Origin: Magnetococcales bacterium
GTDB taxonomy: Bacteria; Pseudomonadota; Magnetococcia; Magnetococcales; UBA8363
NCBI GenBank assembly: GCA_015228975.1
Contig: JADGCN010000002.1
Coordinates: 6,323 to 70,322, forward strand
Length of the DNA: 64,000 nt
Direction: 5' to 3'
The notes under the pieces are model-generated. The model was not told the origin of the DNA. It saw nothing but the letters and a program-made list of their open reading frames with translations, and ran no database searches. A program made the translations under genes and the position numbers. This document shows positions 18,891 through 31,919 of this stretch, in pieces (within the stretch, counting starts at the first letter, position 1; each line of letters begins with the position of its first letter).

Positions 18891-18928
18891 CAAAAACAAA
18901 CAAGCCCTGGATTGACGAATCCAGGGCT
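18891..18928 (-). terminator. Rho-independent terminator of the atp operon
   Basis: Perfect 12-bp stem AAGCCCTGGATT / AATCCAGGGCTT (18901-18912 and 18917-18928) with a 4-nt loop. On the minus strand it is followed by the T-rich run GTTTGTTTTT (18900-18891). Lies 72 nt after the atpC stop. Confidence 0.7.
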
Positions 18929-18999
18929 TGCTGGGTGCAAAATACTGCCAATGAGACGTTCTTGCCATCCATGTCATGTCGGTCGGAGCCGTCGAAAAA

Positions 19000-19419
19000 C
19001 TACAGCCTCTTCAACAGTTTTGAAATCGATGCAATTTGCTCGGCCATGGCGGCGAATTCGCCTTGAGCCCGTGCAAAGTTGATATCGCTCTTAATATTGA
19101 CCACGGCTTCCTGGGCTTCTCGCCTTGCATCCGCAGCCATGGCGGCATCCAGGTCAGCGGCACGTACTATGGAATCGGCCAACACGGTGACAGCATTGGG
19201 ATGGATCTCAAGGATGCCCCCCGCAACGTAAAAGATCTCTTCTGGGCCAACATTTTCCACTTTGATGCGAACCGTGCCGGGTTTAATGCGCGTGATCAAC
19301 GGTGCATGTTTGGGATAAATGCCGAGTTGCCCCACATCCCCAGACAAGATTAAATATTCAGCCTTGCCGGAAAAGATGGATTCCTCAGCACTGACGACAT
19401 AGACTTGCATGGTGCTCAT
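19000..19419 (-). CDS. atpC: F1 ATP synthase epsilon subunit
   Basis: [43 protein letters not shown] matches epsilon. The upstream ORF-track start at 19455 is probably an extension. Confidence 0.92.
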   Translation of the reverse strand: MSTMQVYVVSAEESIFSGKAEYLILSGDVGQLGIYPKHAPLITRIKPGTVRIKVENVGPEEIFYVAGGILEIHPNAVTVLADSIVRAADLDAAMAADARREAQEAVVNIKSDINFARAQGEFAAMAEQIASISKLLKRL

Positions 19420-19498
19420 AGTGGCTGACCTTGTCGCAGATAGGGGGCTCGGCAACTGGCGGCGTCATCCACCACCAGGACCACCGACCACAAGCGTA

Positions 19499-20908
<1,410 letters not shown>

Positions 20909-20965
20909 TTAATTTATATCATCTATGGTTTGTGACAATACGAACACCGATGCGAAAAACAGATC

Positions 20966-21838
20966 TTATGCGATGGCGGCTGCGCCTCCGACAATCTCCG
21001 AGAGTTCCTTGGTAATCGCCGCTTGCCGCGCTTTGTTGTAACTCAACTGCAAAAGCTCAATAACCGATTTGGCATTATCAGAAGCAGCCTGCATGGCCAC
21101 CATACGTGCGGATTGTTCGGAAGCCATGCTTTCGGTTACGGCCTGGTAGACCAAGGCCTCAATATAACGCACCAAAAGCTCATCCAAAACAAGTTTGGAA
21201 TCCGGCTCATAGATATAATCCCAACTGTACCCGGAATCTTTTTTCACCGTATCAGGCGGAAGAGGCAGCAGCTGGAGCATTCGTGTTTTTTGCACCATGG
21301 TATTGATGAACTGTGAATAAGCCAAGTAGACAACATCGACCTGACCTTCCACATAGGCGTCCAATTGAACTTTGATAGCCCCGATAAACTTATGCATATG
21401 TGGGACATCGCCCATATGGACAACATGTGATATTATCTTAACGCCAAGCCGATTAAGAAAGTTAAAGCCTTTTTGGCCAATGGCCGTGGCCTGGAGGGTA
21501 ATTCCAGCCTGTTCCAACTCTTGCATTTTTGCTGTTACGGAACGCAGAACGTTGGTATTCAAGCCACCACATAAGCCTTTATCGGTGGTCACCACAATAA
21601 ATCCCGCCCCTTTGACCTCCTTGCGTCGCACTAAAAAGGGGTGGCGATATTCTGGGTTTGCACTGGCCAAATGCGCAGCAATGCGCCGCACCCGTTCTTC
21701 GTAAGGACGCGCGGCACGCATGCGATCCTGAGCACGGCGCATTTTAGAAGCCGCAACCATTTCCATGGCTTTGGTAATCCGGCGCGTACTCTGCACACTC
21801 TTAATTTTGGAGCGGATCTCTTTTGAACCGGCCATCAC
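20966..21838 (-). CDS. atpG: F1 ATP synthase gamma subunit
   Basis: 290 aa. [32 protein letters not shown]-terminus and [15 protein letters not shown]-terminus. Confidence 0.97.
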   Translation of the reverse strand: MMAGSKEIRSKIKSVQSTRRITKAMEMVAASKMRRAQDRMRAARPYEERVRRIAAHLASANPEYRHPFLVRRKEVKGAGFIVVTTDKGLCGGLNTNVLRSVTAKMQELEQAGITLQATAIGQKGFNFLNRLGVKIISHVVHMGDVPHMHKFIGAIKVQLDAYVEGQVDVVYLAYSQFINTMVQKTRMLQLLPLPPDTVKKDSGYSWDYIYEPDSKLVLDELLVRYIEALVYQAVTESMASEQSARMVAMQAASDNAKSVIELLQLSYNKARQAAITKELSEIVGGAAAIA

Positions 21839-21908
21839 CTTCTTCCCTTGGACTCTCGACTATCCGAGCTACCTGTTCGCTTCTGGCTAACAGGGGTACA
21901 TGCAAGCC

Positions 21909-23450
21909 CTAGTAGACCCCTGTTTCCTTGAATTCCTTGACCGCAGCATGCAAAGCAGCCGTTGAACTTTCTGTCAGTTCTTTGTCGCGCTCTATGACTG
22001 TGATCAGCTCCATGTGTTTATTTTCCATGAAGGCACGCATGGATTTCTCACAGGCTTGGGCCTTTTTGACATCAACATCGTCATAGTAGCCATTGTTGAC
22101 GGCAAATAACACCAGCGCCATCTCCCAGACTTGCAATGGTTGGTACCGTGGTTGTTTCATCAATTCGGTTACCATCCGTCCCCGCTCAAGCTGCTTGCGG
22201 GTTGCTTCATCAAGGTCGGAGGCGAACTGTGCAAAGGCGGCCAGTTCCCGATATTGCGCCATGGCGAGACGGACGCCACCACCCAAACTCTTGATGATTT
22301 TCGTCTGTGCGGCACCACCCACGCGGGAGACCGAAATACCCGCATTAATTGCCGGGCGAATACCCGCATTGAACAGATCGGTTTCCAAGAAAATCTGTCC
22401 ATCGGTAATGGAAATGACGTTTGTCGGCACGAACGCTGTAACGTCACCCGCTTGCGTTTCAATGATCGGCAAAGCAGTCAGTGAACCGGTCTTACCCTTG
22501 ACCTCACCCTTGGTGAATCTTTCAACATACTCGGCATTCACCCGGGCTGCACGCTCCAGCAAGCGACTATGGAGATAAAACACGTCGCCAGGATAAGCCT
22601 CACGACCTGGAGGGCGGCGCAGAAGCAGGGAAATTTGCCGATAAGCCACCGCCTGTTTGGATAAATCGTCATAAACGATCAGGGCGTCTTGACCGCGATC
22701 CCGAAAATATTCCCCCATGGTGCAACCGGAATATGGGGCCAAGTATTGCAGGGCGGGAGCTTCGGAAGCAGTGGCCACGACAATGATGGTATAGGCCATG
22801 GCACCGCTTTCTTCCAGTTTGCGGACCACACTCCGGATTGATGAAGCCTTTTGACCAATCGCCACGTAAATACAAATGAGATCTTTCCCAGCCTGGTTGA
22901 TGATCGCGTCAACAGCCACAGCCGTCTTACCCGTTTGCCGGTCGCCGATGATCAACTCGCGCTGGCCACGTCCGATGGGCACCATGGCATCAATGGCTTT
23001 CAAACCGGTCTGCACTGGTTGCGAAACCGATTTACGCTCAATCACACCCGGTGCCACCTTTTCGATGACATCCGTCATTTCAGCATTGATCGGCCCCTTG
23101 CCATCCGTTGGCCGGCCCAGGGCATCGACAACGCGTCCGATCAACTCAGGTCCAACGGGCACTTCCAGGATGCGTCCGGTGCAACGGACCACGTCCCCTT
23201 CGGTGATATGCTCATATTCGCCCAAAATAACCGCACCAACCGAGTCACGCTCCAGATTGAGCGCCAAGCCGAACACATTACCCGGGAACTCCAGCATCTC
23301 GCCCTGCATGACATCTTCCAAGCCGTAGATGCGGCAAATGCCATCGGACACCGAAACAACGGTCCCCTGCGTTCTCGCCTCGGTCGTCACCCCCAATTTT
23401 TGTATTTTCTCTTGCAGCAGATCGCTGACTTCGGAAGGATTCAGTTGCAT
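21909..23450 (-). CDS. atpA: F1 ATP synthase alpha subunit
   Basis: 513 aa. P-loop GDRQTGKT. Full-length alpha. Confidence 0.98.
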   Translation of the reverse strand: MQLNPSEVSDLLQEKIQKLGVTTEARTQGTVVSVSDGICRIYGLEDVMQGEMLEFPGNVFGLALNLERDSVGAVILGEYEHITEGDVVRCTGRILEVPVGPELIGRVVDALGRPTDGKGPINAEMTDVIEKVAPGVIERKSVSQPVQTGLKAIDAMVPIGRGQRELIIGDRQTGKTAVAVDAIINQAGKDLICIYVAIGQKASSIRSVVRKLEESGAMAYTIIVVATASEAPALQYLAPYSGCTMGEYFRDRGQDALIVYDDLSKQAVAYRQISLLLRRPPGREAYPGDVFYLHSRLLERAARVNAEYVERFTKGEVKGKTGSLTALPIIETQAGDVTAFVPTNVISITDGQIFLETDLFNAGIRPAINAGISVSRVGGAAQTKIIKSLGGGVRLAMAQYRELAAFAQFASDLDEATRKQLERGRMVTELMKQPRYQPLQVWEMALVLFAVNNGYYDDVDVKKAQACEKSMRAFMENKHMELITVIERDKELTESSTAALHAAVKEFKETGVY

Positions 23451-23612
23451 AGGTACACCTGGTTGACAGTCCAGTTAATAAGCAATTTATCGCCAATGGA
23501 TTATTTCGGACACACTCCGAGAAAAATCAACCCAACGCGATGTTCATAAAACGTCGATCTCCTGCAATCAATCCGCGTACTTGTTCCCATCCGACCGGCC
23601 AAAAAATGTGAA

Positions 23613-24149
23613 TCATGCGGTCAGACTGGCGTAGAGCGCCTCCAGCTTGGCCTGAACCGAACCATTCATCACTTGGTCACCAACGACAACTTTGACGCCG
23701 CCAATCAACGCGGCATCTACGACCACCTGGACCTGAACCGACCGACCAAACTTTTTTGTCAAACGCTGGGTCAAAGTTTTCAACTGTTTGTCGGCAACCG
23801 GCAATGCCGAGTAAACAATTGCGTCAACTGTCCGTTCTCGCTCATTTTTCAAGGCTTCAAACTGGGCGGCGATGGCCGGCAGCAGGGCTATTTTCTTGGC
23901 ATCTACAAGCATGTGTAGGAAAAAACCAGCCTCTGTGGAAAGATCGACAGAGATCAATGAGGTCAGTAAGGTCACCCGCTGCGTTGCACTCAAGTGTGGG
24001 TTGCCCAAGGCGCGACGGACACCTTCTTGGCTCGCCAATTCCGCCAACGCCGTTAACGCCTGGGACCACTCGACTAATTTGCCACTTGCCTCAGCCGCTG
24101 CGAAAGCAGCTTTCGAGTAGGGCCGTGCGACTGTCGCCAACTCAGCCAT
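23613..24149 (-). CDS. atpH: F1 ATP synthase delta (OSCP) subunit
   Basis: 178 aa. VARPYSKAAF start and position between b and alpha. Confidence 0.9.
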   Translation of the reverse strand: MAELATVARPYSKAAFAAAEASGKLVEWSQALTALAELASQEGVRRALGNPHLSATQRVTLLTSLISVDLSTEAGFFLHMLVDAKKIALLPAIAAQFEALKNERERTVDAIVYSALPVADKQLKTLTQRLTKKFGRSVQVQVVVDAALIGGVKVVVGDQVMNGSVQAKLEALYASLTA

Positions 24150-24619
24150 TACAGTTCATCCCGGAGCTGATTCAGAAGTTCAGTATGGGCTTTCGGGTCG
24201 ATTTCCCGACGTAAAATCCGTTCGGCACCCAGGACGGCCAGTCGACCAACTTCTCGACGCAGGGCATCTTTGGCTTTGGCGGTCTCGATTTCCGCCGTTT
24301 CCCGTGCGTGGGTAATAATGCGTTCGGCTTCGACTTTGGCACGTTCCTTGGCATTGTCAATGATCTGAGCGGCACGTTTTTCGTGCGCCGTAATGATATC
24401 GACAGCTTTGCTACGTGCCTCTGCCTCTATGACGCCAACGCGATCCTGAGCTTGATCAAGGCTTTTCCTGCCCTCATCAGCAGCAGCAAGCCCTTCTGCG
24501 ATGTATTTCTGGCGGTCTTCTATAGCCTTGAGCAAGGGCGGCCAGACAAACTTCACCGTGAACCAGATGAAGATCCCGAAGGCGAAGGCCTGCGAAAACA
24601 GAGTGAGATTGATATTCAT
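24149..24619 (-). CDS. atpF: Fo ATP synthase b subunit
   Basis: 156 aa. One N-terminal TM helix followed by a long charged helix (RQKYIAEGLAAADEGRKSL..). Confidence 0.9.
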   Translation of the reverse strand: MNINLTLFSQAFAFGIFIWFTVKFVWPPLLKAIEDRQKYIAEGLAAADEGRKSLDQAQDRVGVIEAEARSKAVDIITAHEKRAAQIIDNAKERAKVEAERIITHARETAEIETAKAKDALRREVGRLAVLGAERILRREIDPKAHTELLNQLRDEL

Positions 24620-24658
24620 GTCAGCACCCTAGCGAGGGATAATCCATTAGGCCAGTGG

Positions 24659-24973
<315 letters not shown>

Positions 24974-25783
24974 TCAATGGCTCTCATGGGCCATCGCGAT
25001 ATAGACGACGGTCAACATCATAAAGATGAATGCTTGCAGGGCAACGATCAAGATGTGAAAAATGGCCCATCCGGCACCCAAAACAATGCCAAAAAATGTC
25101 CCAACCATACCCGTTGCCGCCCACATTCCGAGTAAGAGGAATATGATTTCACCAGCATACATGTTTCCATACAACCGCAGCGAATGCGACAAGGGCTTGG
25201 AAATCAGCTCCACGACATTGAACAGGAAATTGAGAACCCACAATGCCGGATGTTTACCAAATGGGGTGCAGAAGAGTTCATGCATCCAACCGCCAAGGCC
25301 CTTCACTGCGATGTTGAAGTATATCATGATCATCCAGATCGTCAATGCCAGTGCAAAGGTGGTATTGACATCGGCTGTGGGCACGCCACGGAAATGATCC
25401 ACATGCATCAAGCGCTCGTAAAATCGCGACATGATGTCGACTGGCAAAAAATCCATGGAGTTCATGAGAAACACCCAGACAAAAACGGTCAGGGCTGTTG
25501 GTGCAACAAACTTATGCTGATCCCCATGAAAAATACTGCGTACTTGACCATCGACAAATTCAAATGCCAGTTCGACAAAAGCCTGGCGTTTGCTCGGCAC
25601 GCCGCTGGTCGCACCATTCACAACCGTATACAGGAAACCGAAGCCGACAATTCCCAATAGCACAGCAATCAAAAGGGAATCAACGTGGACGACCCAGAAT
25701 GGGCTGTCACCCAGTGGCTTGGCCAACTGAGTCAGGTGGTGGTCTATATAAGACGTGGGTGTAAGCATTTGTTCTGTATTCAC
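24974..25783 (-). CDS. atpB: Fo ATP synthase a subunit (gamma/beta-proteobacterial type)
   Basis: 269 aa. [14 protein letters not shown] contains the essential Arg. Confidence 0.95.
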   Translation of the reverse strand: MNTEQMLTPTSYIDHHLTQLAKPLGDSPFWVVHVDSLLIAVLLGIVGFGFLYTVVNGATSGVPSKRQAFVELAFEFVDGQVRSIFHGDQHKFVAPTALTVFVWVFLMNSMDFLPVDIMSRFYERLMHVDHFRGVPTADVNTTFALALTIWMIMIYFNIAVKGLGGWMHELFCTPFGKHPALWVLNFLFNVVELISKPLSHSLRLYGNMYAGEIIFLLLGMWAATGMVGTFFGIVLGAGWAIFHILIVALQAFIFMMLTVVYIAMAHESH

Positions 25784-25797
25784 GTTGCTTAAGTACC

Positions 25798-26175
25798 CTA
25801 TTCGTGGGGTTGTTTAATGAAAAACAACGCCAAGCTGAAAACGACGACCGACAGGATGAAGGTCGAAATGAGACCGACCATTTCCACATCTCTGTAGGCG
25901 ACAACGACCAAACCCAGAAGCGCAAACATGACAACGAGCTTGATGACCTCGGCGATAAGGGCCGCCGCAAGGGCCTCAAAGGCAGTGGTGGTATGCTTCT
26001 TTTTGTGTGCAACCAACAAGAAAGCAATATCTCCGATGATGCCTGCCCCACCTCCCAGTGTTGCAGAGATCGCGCTGCTTGCACCAGAAAGCCATGCTGC
26101 TACAATTACTGCCAGGAGAACTGACAACAATTGCAGCCCTATCACTGGGCTGTACCCGTATAACGTGGCCTTCAT
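25798..26175 (-). CDS. atpI: ATP synthase protein I
   Basis: 125-aa four-helix hydrophobic protein at the 5' end of the operon. Confidence 0.75.
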   Translation of the reverse strand: MKATLYGYSPVIGLQLLSVLLAVIVAAWLSGASSAISATLGGGAGIIGDIAFLLVAHKKKHTTTAFEALAAALIAEVIKLVVMFALLGLVVVAYRDVEMVGLISTFILSVVVFSLALFFIKQPHE

Positions 26176-26195
26176 GGCCTTCTGCGCACCTTTTC

Positions 26196-26219
26196 GCGCC
26201 TGTCATTTAAAACAGGCGC
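26196..26219. other. Perfect 8-bp inverted repeat just upstream of the atpI start
   Basis: GCGCCTGT (26196-26203), 8-nt loop CATTTAAA, ACAGGCGC (26212-26219). Sits about 20 nt 5' of the atpI ATG on the minus strand. Confidence 0.5.
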
Positions 26220-26355
26220 AATCCTAGGAGAGTGCGTAATCATTGTCAACGAATTTTTTTACTGCACAATAAGAAAAACGGCAAACATTTGCATAGCGCT
26301 TTTATTTCTACATCTCGGATAGTCATAATTGAATTTTTGTCTAGTAAAGTTTATT

Positions 26356-26754
26356 TTAACTTCCGGAGTGATCATTGGCTTTCACATCACTGAGAAGATC
26401 GGTTACTGCTTCTAATATTTCTTTGCGTGAGAATGGCTTGGCCAGGACGCGAATGGCACCGCACATTTTGGCGACATCCAAGGCGAATTGCGCTTTTTGC
26501 CCCGGTGCCCCCCCCGATATGGCGATGATCGGCAGCTGGGGGTTCTGAGAAATCAATTCTTCGATGGTTTCCAGACCGTCTTTGTTGGGCATGATGATAT
26601 CGGTGATGACGATGTCAGCGGGATGCTTGCGGAAAAGCTCCAGTCCGCGGCGTCCATCCTCTGCGAGCTCCACTTCATAGTCTGACTTTTCAAGAATTTG
26701 TTTTAGAACTTCACGAATCTGGCGCTCATCCTCTATGACGAGAATTCGAGTCAT
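26356..26754 (-). CDS. Single-domain (CheY-like) response regulator
   Basis: 132 aa. RILVIEDE..DIVITDIIMPNKDGLE..AISGG..KPF. Its start overlaps the upstream kinase stop by 4 nt. Confidence 0.9.
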   Translation of the reverse strand: MTRILVIEDERQIREVLKQILEKSDYEVELAEDGRRGLELFRKHPADIVITDIIMPNKDGLETIEELISQNPQLPIIAISGGAPGQKAQFALDVAKMCGAIRVLAKPFSRKEILEAVTDLLSDVKANDHSGS

Positions 26755-28613
26755 GGCTCGTCCTCCCTTTCTGCACTGGCCCTTGCCGCAGTCTTGCCCT
26801 GTATGATTGGTAGATAGACCTGAAAGGTGGCTCCCAGGCCTGAGATGCTCTCCACCTTGATGGCCCCTTCATGATTATGCACGATTCCATGGACTACCGA
26901 CAGACCCAAACCGGAGCCTTTGCCAATGTCCTTGGTGGTAAAAAAAGGTTCGTAGAGGTGATCCAGAACGGATGGTTCGATGCCCGGTCCCTGGTCTTTA
27001 ACGGATAGTACCATGTGGGGGCCGGGTTGGAGCCGCGACAGGGAGGCATGGTTGAGAATCATTTCTTCATCAACCCGGACCTTTTCCAGGCGGACGCTTA
27101 TGGTCCCCCCCTGGTTCTCCATGGCCTCAACGGCATTGGTACACAGGTTCATGACGACCTGATGAATTTGCAAGGGATCGATCAATACCTGGTCTTCAAT
27201 GGAAGGGAGAGTTGTCTCCAATACAATCTTGTCAGGAAGGGCTGTTTTAAGCAAGGATAGCGCTTCTTTGATTTCAGGTGATATCGGCAGGGGGATGCGC
27301 TGCTGTTTGTTGCGGCGGCTGAATGTCAGGAGTTGTTTAACCAGCTCTTTGGCACGGACAGCGGCTACCATGACTTCGTTCAGGTTATGGTATTCCAGGC
27401 TGGAGGCCTCCAGCTCATCCATTGTCAATTCCGTGTAAGAGAGAATGGCTGTGAGTATGTTGTTGAAGTCATGGGCAATCCCCCCAGCCAATGTCCCGAT
27501 GGATTCCAATTGTCGTGATTTTAATAATTGTCGTCCGAGTTCCAGTTCGCGGGTTACGTCTCGACCTATGATGACATGGCTGGTGATCTGTTTTTTGTGG
27601 TCCTTGACCGGCGACCAGGTTAAATCCGCATGAAAATGGGAACCATTCTTTTTCTGTGCTAAAAATCGCTGTTTGAAAGGAATGCCTTGGGATAAGGCCA
27701 GGGAAAGTTTGTCGTTCCAGGATTGTTTCCATTGTGTGATGGGAAAATGCGTCATGGCAGCGCCCAGGACTTCGTTGAGGCCATATCCTGTTATGGTTTC
27801 AAAGGCTGGGTTGGCATAGTGGATATGTCCATCGGGATCGGTGATCAGGATCATTTCGGCTGTTTGATTGACGGCTGCGGCCAAACGGTTACGTTCCGCT
27901 TCCGTTTCCAGGCGTTGGCTGATATCTCGAAACGTGACGACCACACCGGTCTGATGGTGGTTGGGATCCAAGGGCGTTGAGCTGTATTCCACCGGGAAAG
28001 GGCTGCCATCCCGACGATAAAAAAATTCCTGGGCGAACAAGTGAATCTGACCATCGGCCAAGGTTTTCTCCAAGGCACTGGTTGCGGTATGGAGCGTCTC
28101 TCCCGGTGGTGCTTGCAAAATGGTGCTGACCGGTTTTCCCCACAGATTGTCGGGAGCAGTTCCCAACATACGTGCTGCGGAATGGTTGATGAAGGTGATC
28201 TGCCCGGAGCCATTCACCCCGAATATCCCATCCCCAGCCGCTTGCAGGATCCCTTCATTGCGTTGGTGCAGGCGGCGAATCGTCTCTTCATCGACCTGGA
28301 GGGCGTGGTTGAGTTGAAACAGACGTAAGCTCAGATAAGTTAGAAACGGCAATACTAGGAGTAAAAGCAGAGAGGTCAGTTTATTCGGAAACCAGACATT
28401 GTCATCCAATAGCCATGTCGAATAAATGGAAAATATTCCATAAATTTCATTAATAAATTGCGACCCGATGGCAATAAAAATCAGGACGGCTCCATAGAAT
28501 ATTTTATTGCGTTGTGGAATGATCCTGGAGTGTCGTGACTGTGATCGGCTTGCGACCATGGTCGGAACCTTAAGATGGGATGAGATAACAGGCCATAGGG
28601 TGGATCGGATCAC
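26751..28613 (-). CDS. Membrane PAS-domain sensor histidine kinase
   Basis: N-terminal TM helices, two PAS-like segments, the H-box GGIAHDFNNILTAI and an HATPase domain (GSGLGLSVVHGIV). The start may be the downstream Met at 28559. Confidence 0.88.
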   Translation of the reverse strand: MIRSTLWPVISSHLKVPTMVASRSQSRHSRIIPQRNKIFYGAVLIFIAIGSQFINEIYGIFSIYSTWLLDDNVWFPNKLTSLLLLLVLPFLTYLSLRLFQLNHALQVDEETIRRLHQRNEGILQAAGDGIFGVNGSGQITFINHSAARMLGTAPDNLWGKPVSTILQAPPGETLHTATSALEKTLADGQIHLFAQEFFYRRDGSPFPVEYSSTPLDPNHHQTGVVVTFRDISQRLETEAERNRLAAAVNQTAEMILITDPDGHIHYANPAFETITGYGLNEVLGAAMTHFPITQWKQSWNDKLSLALSQGIPFKQRFLAQKKNGSHFHADLTWSPVKDHKKQITSHVIIGRDVTRELELGRQLLKSRQLESIGTLAGGIAHDFNNILTAILSYTELTMDELEASSLEYHNLNEVMVAAVRAKELVKQLLTFSRRNKQQRIPLPISPEIKEALSLLKTALPDKIVLETTLPSIEDQVLIDPLQIHQVVMNLCTNAVEAMENQGGTISVRLEKVRVDEEMILNHASLSRLQPGPHMVLSVKDQGPGIEPSVLDHLYEPFFTTKDIGKGSGLGLSVVHGIVHNHEGAIKVESISGLGATFQVYLPIIQGKTAARASAEREDEP

Positions 28614-28793
28614 GCAAGTCTCGCACCTTTAAGGGGTTTGGTCCAGATGTTGTTTGCGTTATGGGAACATGGAAGTTCCTCGACAGCATCCGGTGGTTTT
28701 CAGTATCTTTGACATCGGTCGCAGGTGGCGTCAGTGCCGGGAGGCTTCGTCATCGATGCAATTGGAGTTGGCTTGCGTGGGATTGGAAAAAAA

Positions 28794-30080
28794 ATGGGCT
28801 TGAAAGTCATGTTGATTGGTGGTGGCGGTCGCGAGCATGCTTTGGCATGGAAAATCGCCAGCTCACCCTTGGTTGAAAAATTGGTTTGTGTCCCCGGTAA
28901 TCCAGGTATGGCACAGGTTGCGGAGTGCGTCTCCATGGGGGCTTCGGATCTGGAGGCACTGAAATCATGGGCTGTTTCCAATCGAATCGATCTGACGGTG
29001 ATCGGTCCTGAAGCCCCACTGGTTGCAGGTTTGGCGGATCATTTTCGTGCATCTGGATTGGCGGTTTTCGGTCCTTCGCAGGCGGCGGCGGCTCTTGAGG
29101 GCTCTAAGGCCTTTATGAAGGATCTCCTGAAACGGTATCACATTCCCACTGCCGGATATCAGGTGTTCACCGATGCGGCGGCGGCGTTGGATCATGTCCG
29201 CGGACAGGGGGCCCCCATCGTCGTCAAGGCTTCCGGATTGGCCGCAGGCAAGGGGGCCATGGTGTGCCATACCCTTGAAGAGGCGGAACAGGCCGTGCAT
29301 CGTGCCATGGTCCAGCGAGAATTCGGTGCGGCGGGCAATGAGGTGGTGGTGGAGGAATTTTTAACGGGTGAAGAGGTATCCTTCATGGCTTTCGCCGATG
29401 GGGAACGCCTCCTTCCCATGGCCAGTGCCCAGGACCATAAGGCGGTGGGAGAGGGGGATACCGGACCCAATACGGGGGGTATGGGAGCCTATTCCCCGGC
29501 ACCCATCCTGACGCCCCGCTTGCATGATCGCATCATGGTTGAAATCATGCAGCCGGTCATCGATGCCATGGCGGCGGAAGGTCGGCCTTATCGCGGCGTG
29601 TTGTACGCCGGTTTGATGATTGATGGTGATGTGCTGAAAGTATTGGAGTTCAACGCCCGTTTTGGCGATCCTGAGACCCAGCCTCTGTTGATGCGCATGC
29701 GGAGTGATATCGTTCCATTTCTCATGGCCTCAGCCGTTGGATCCCTCGCGGGTATGACCATCGATTGGGATCCCCGGCCCGCCGTGTGTGTGGTGATGGC
29801 GGCGGGCGGTTACCCGGGAAGTTATGCGATGGACCATCCCATCACAGGTTTGGAATCAGCGATGTCATTGCCGGATGTGCAAATTTTTCACGCCGGAACC
29901 CGTCGTGTGGGACAGAATCTTGTGACTGCAGGTGGTCGTGTGTTAGGCGTGACGGGTTTGGGGGATACCGTGACCCAGGCGCGCAAGGTGACCTATGCCG
30001 CAGTGGAGCGGATTCATTGGCAGGACGCCTATTTTCGCGGAGATATCGCCTACCGTGCCTTATCCAGGGAGGCCCCATGA
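28794..30080 (+). CDS. purD: Phosphoribosylamine-glycine ligase
   Basis: KVMLIGGGGREHALAWK N-terminus. ATP-grasp body over its full length. The ORF-track start at 28725 is probably an extension. Confidence 0.93.
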   Translation: MGLKVMLIGGGGREHALAWKIASSPLVEKLVCVPGNPGMAQVAECVSMGASDLEALKSWAVSNRIDLTVIGPEAPLVAGLADHFRASGLAVFGPSQAAAALEGSKAFMKDLLKRYHIPTAGYQVFTDAAAALDHVRGQGAPIVVKASGLAAGKGAMVCHTLEEAEQAVHRAMVQREFGAAGNEVVVEEFLTGEEVSFMAFADGERLLPMASAQDHKAVGEGDTGPNTGGMGAYSPAPILTPRLHDRIMVEIMQPVIDAMAAEGRPYRGVLYAGLMIDGDVLKVLEFNARFGDPETQPLLMRMRSDIVPFLMASAVGSLAGMTIDWDPRPAVCVVMAAGGYPGSYAMDHPITGLESAMSLPDVQIFHAGTRRVGQNLVTAGGRVLGVTGLGDTVTQARKVTYAAVERIHWQDAYFRGDIAYRALSREAP

Positions 30081-30589
30081 ACGCATCTCCAGTCGTAGGA
30101 ATTTTAATGGGTTCCGATTCTGATTTTGAAATCATGCGCGAAGCGGGGCGGATCCTCAAAGACTTTGCCATCCCTTTCGAGATGCTGGTTACTTCGGCGC
30201 ATCGTACCCCGGAAAGAACCCACGATTATGCGACACGGGCGGCGCAGCGTGGCCTGAAGGTGCTTATCGTCGGCGCGGGCGCGGCGGCGCATCTGGCAGG
30301 GGTGGTCGCGGCGGTTACCCCTTTGCCGGTCATTGGTGTCCCTTTGTCGGCAACCGACCTCAAGGGCATGGACGCTTTGTTGGCAACGGTGCAGATGCCC
30401 GGAGGGATCCCGGTGGCCACCATGGCCATTGGCAAGGCCGGGGCTGTCAATGCGGCCTTGTTCGCAGCAAAAATTTTGGCGTTGACCCAGATTGGGCTTA
30501 TGGAAAAGTTGCAAGCCTACCGCGATGCAATGGCTCAAGGGGTGGAAAAAAAGAATCAAGCCCTCCAGGAACAATTGGCGCGTTTATGA
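30077..30589 (+). CDS. purE: N5-carboxyaminoimidazole ribonucleotide mutase
   Basis: ATG 30077 overlaps the purD stop (ATGA). [26 protein letters not shown] motifs. The ORF-track start at 29765 lies inside purD. Confidence 0.93.
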   Translation: MNASPVVGILMGSDSDFEIMREAGRILKDFAIPFEMLVTSAHRTPERTHDYATRAAQRGLKVLIVGAGAAAHLAGVVAAVTPLPVIGVPLSATDLKGMDALLATVQMPGGIPVATMAIGKAGAVNAALFAAKILALTQIGLMEKLQAYRDAMAQGVEKKNQALQEQLARL

Positions 30590-30626
30590 ATATTGCGCTG
30601 TCTGGAATCACTCCCGAAAGCGTTGG

Positions 30627-30992
30627 TCAGGAGGGGAGTATGGACTCTACGACACTCGTGATGTTTTTGCCATCCACAGGCTTGGCCAGAAAACCGTTGG
30701 CACCGGCTTTGGCTCCGAGGCGTGCGTTTTGACTGGAGTGGTTCGCCGTTACAATAATGATTTTACCCGTGTATCCTTGTTTGCGAATGTTGGTGATCGC
30801 GGTGATCCCGTCCATTCCCGGCATGTTCAGATCCATGAAGATGAGATCTGGGTTCCACGAGGCTGCCAACTGGATGGCTTCGGCCCCGGATTCACAGGAT
30901 TTTGCGTCATGCCCCTTGCCGGCTTCCGTGAGAAATTTTTCCAATATTAGACAATTGATTGGTTCATCATCGACAATGAGTATCTTGGCCAT
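30627..30992 (-). CDS. Single-domain (CheY-like) response regulator
   Basis: MAKILIVDDE..DLIFMDLNMPGMDG..VTAN..KP. Has no adjacent kinase. Confidence 0.85.
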   Translation of the reverse strand: MAKILIVDDEPINCLILEKFLTEAGKGHDAKSCESGAEAIQLAASWNPDLIFMDLNMPGMDGITAITNIRKQGYTGKIIIVTANHSSQNARLGAKAGANGFLAKPVDGKNITSVVESILPS

Positions 30993-31071
30993 GGATGTGA
31001 CTCCCCTTCTGACAACCACACTTTGCGAACCCAATTGACGCGATGTTATAGTAACTTATTAAACATTACGA

Positions 31072-31857
31072 CTACCTTAGTCCAGCAAAAAAACTTCCCA
31101 CCGCTTCGGCTCCCCGGGAGAGGTGGATTTCGATGGCGGCTGTTCCCACCACGGCGATTTCCACTTTGCCGCGAAGGCTTTGAACATCCTCGCGGGAACG
31201 GACACCAAATCCCAAAGCCAAGGGTGTACGCGTGGCGGAACGACACCGGTTGATAAAAGCCATGACCTGGGGATCAAACTCGGTATGCCGCCCGGTGACA
31301 CCCCGGCGCGCTACGCAATAGACCAGACCGGAAGCTCCCTGACCCAGCAGTTCAAGTCGGGAGTCGGGGGTGGTGGGGGTGAACAGACGGATCCAATCGA
31401 GTTGGTTGTTTCCGTGGGTTTGACAGCTTTGAATGGCGTCACCCGCTTCCTCCAGGGGGAGGTCGGGGACGATCAATCCGCGGACGCCCATGGCGGCAGC
31501 CCGTTGGATAAATGGATCAAACCCCTGTGCCATGAGAATGTTGGTGTAGGTCATGATGATAATGGGGATGGGATAGCGCTGGACGCTTTCGGCGATAAAA
31601 TTCAAGCCGGTTTCAACCCGAAAGCCATTGGCTAGGGACTCCTGATTGGCGCGAGCGATGACGGGGCCATCGGCGATCGGCTCGGAAAAAGGGATTTGCA
31701 ACTCGATGATAGGGACGCCAGCGGCTACCATGGCATCCATCACCTTGCGATTTTCTTCCAGCGAAGGATATCCCAGAACCAGATGGGACATGAGCAGTAT
31801 GGGATCCGGGGAGTTGCGAATACAAGTTTCAAGGAGACTGGGGGTCGCGGCATGCAT
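31072..31857 (-). CDS. trpA: Tryptophan synthase alpha chain
   Basis: ELQIPFSEPIADGPVI and GFGV..GVVGTA motifs. The Met at 31857 gives a canonical length. The ORF-track start at 31968 would overlap trpB by 49 nt. Confidence 0.88.
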   Translation of the reverse strand: MHAATPSLLETCIRNSPDPILLMSHLVLGYPSLEENRKVMDAMVAAGVPIIELQIPFSEPIADGPVIARANQESLANGFRVETGLNFIAESVQRYPIPIIIMTYTNILMAQGFDPFIQRAAAMGVRGLIVPDLPLEEAGDAIQSCQTHGNNQLDWIRLFTPTTPDSRLELLGQGASGLVYCVARRGVTGRHTEFDPQVMAFINRCRSATRTPLALGFGVRSREDVQSLRGKVEIAVVGTAAIEIHLSRGAEAVGSFFAGLR

Positions 31858-31919
31858 CGTAAGGATGTCCTGGTTTAAAATCTTGCCGAACAAACGAAGG
31901 ATCGGAGCTGTCTTTATCT

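Noticed and set aside
29765-30076. N-terminal 104-codon extension of the purE ORF overlapping purD
   Set aside because: The extension lies out of frame inside the well-supported purD gene. The conserved PurE sequence starts at ATG 30077, which overlaps the purD stop codon.
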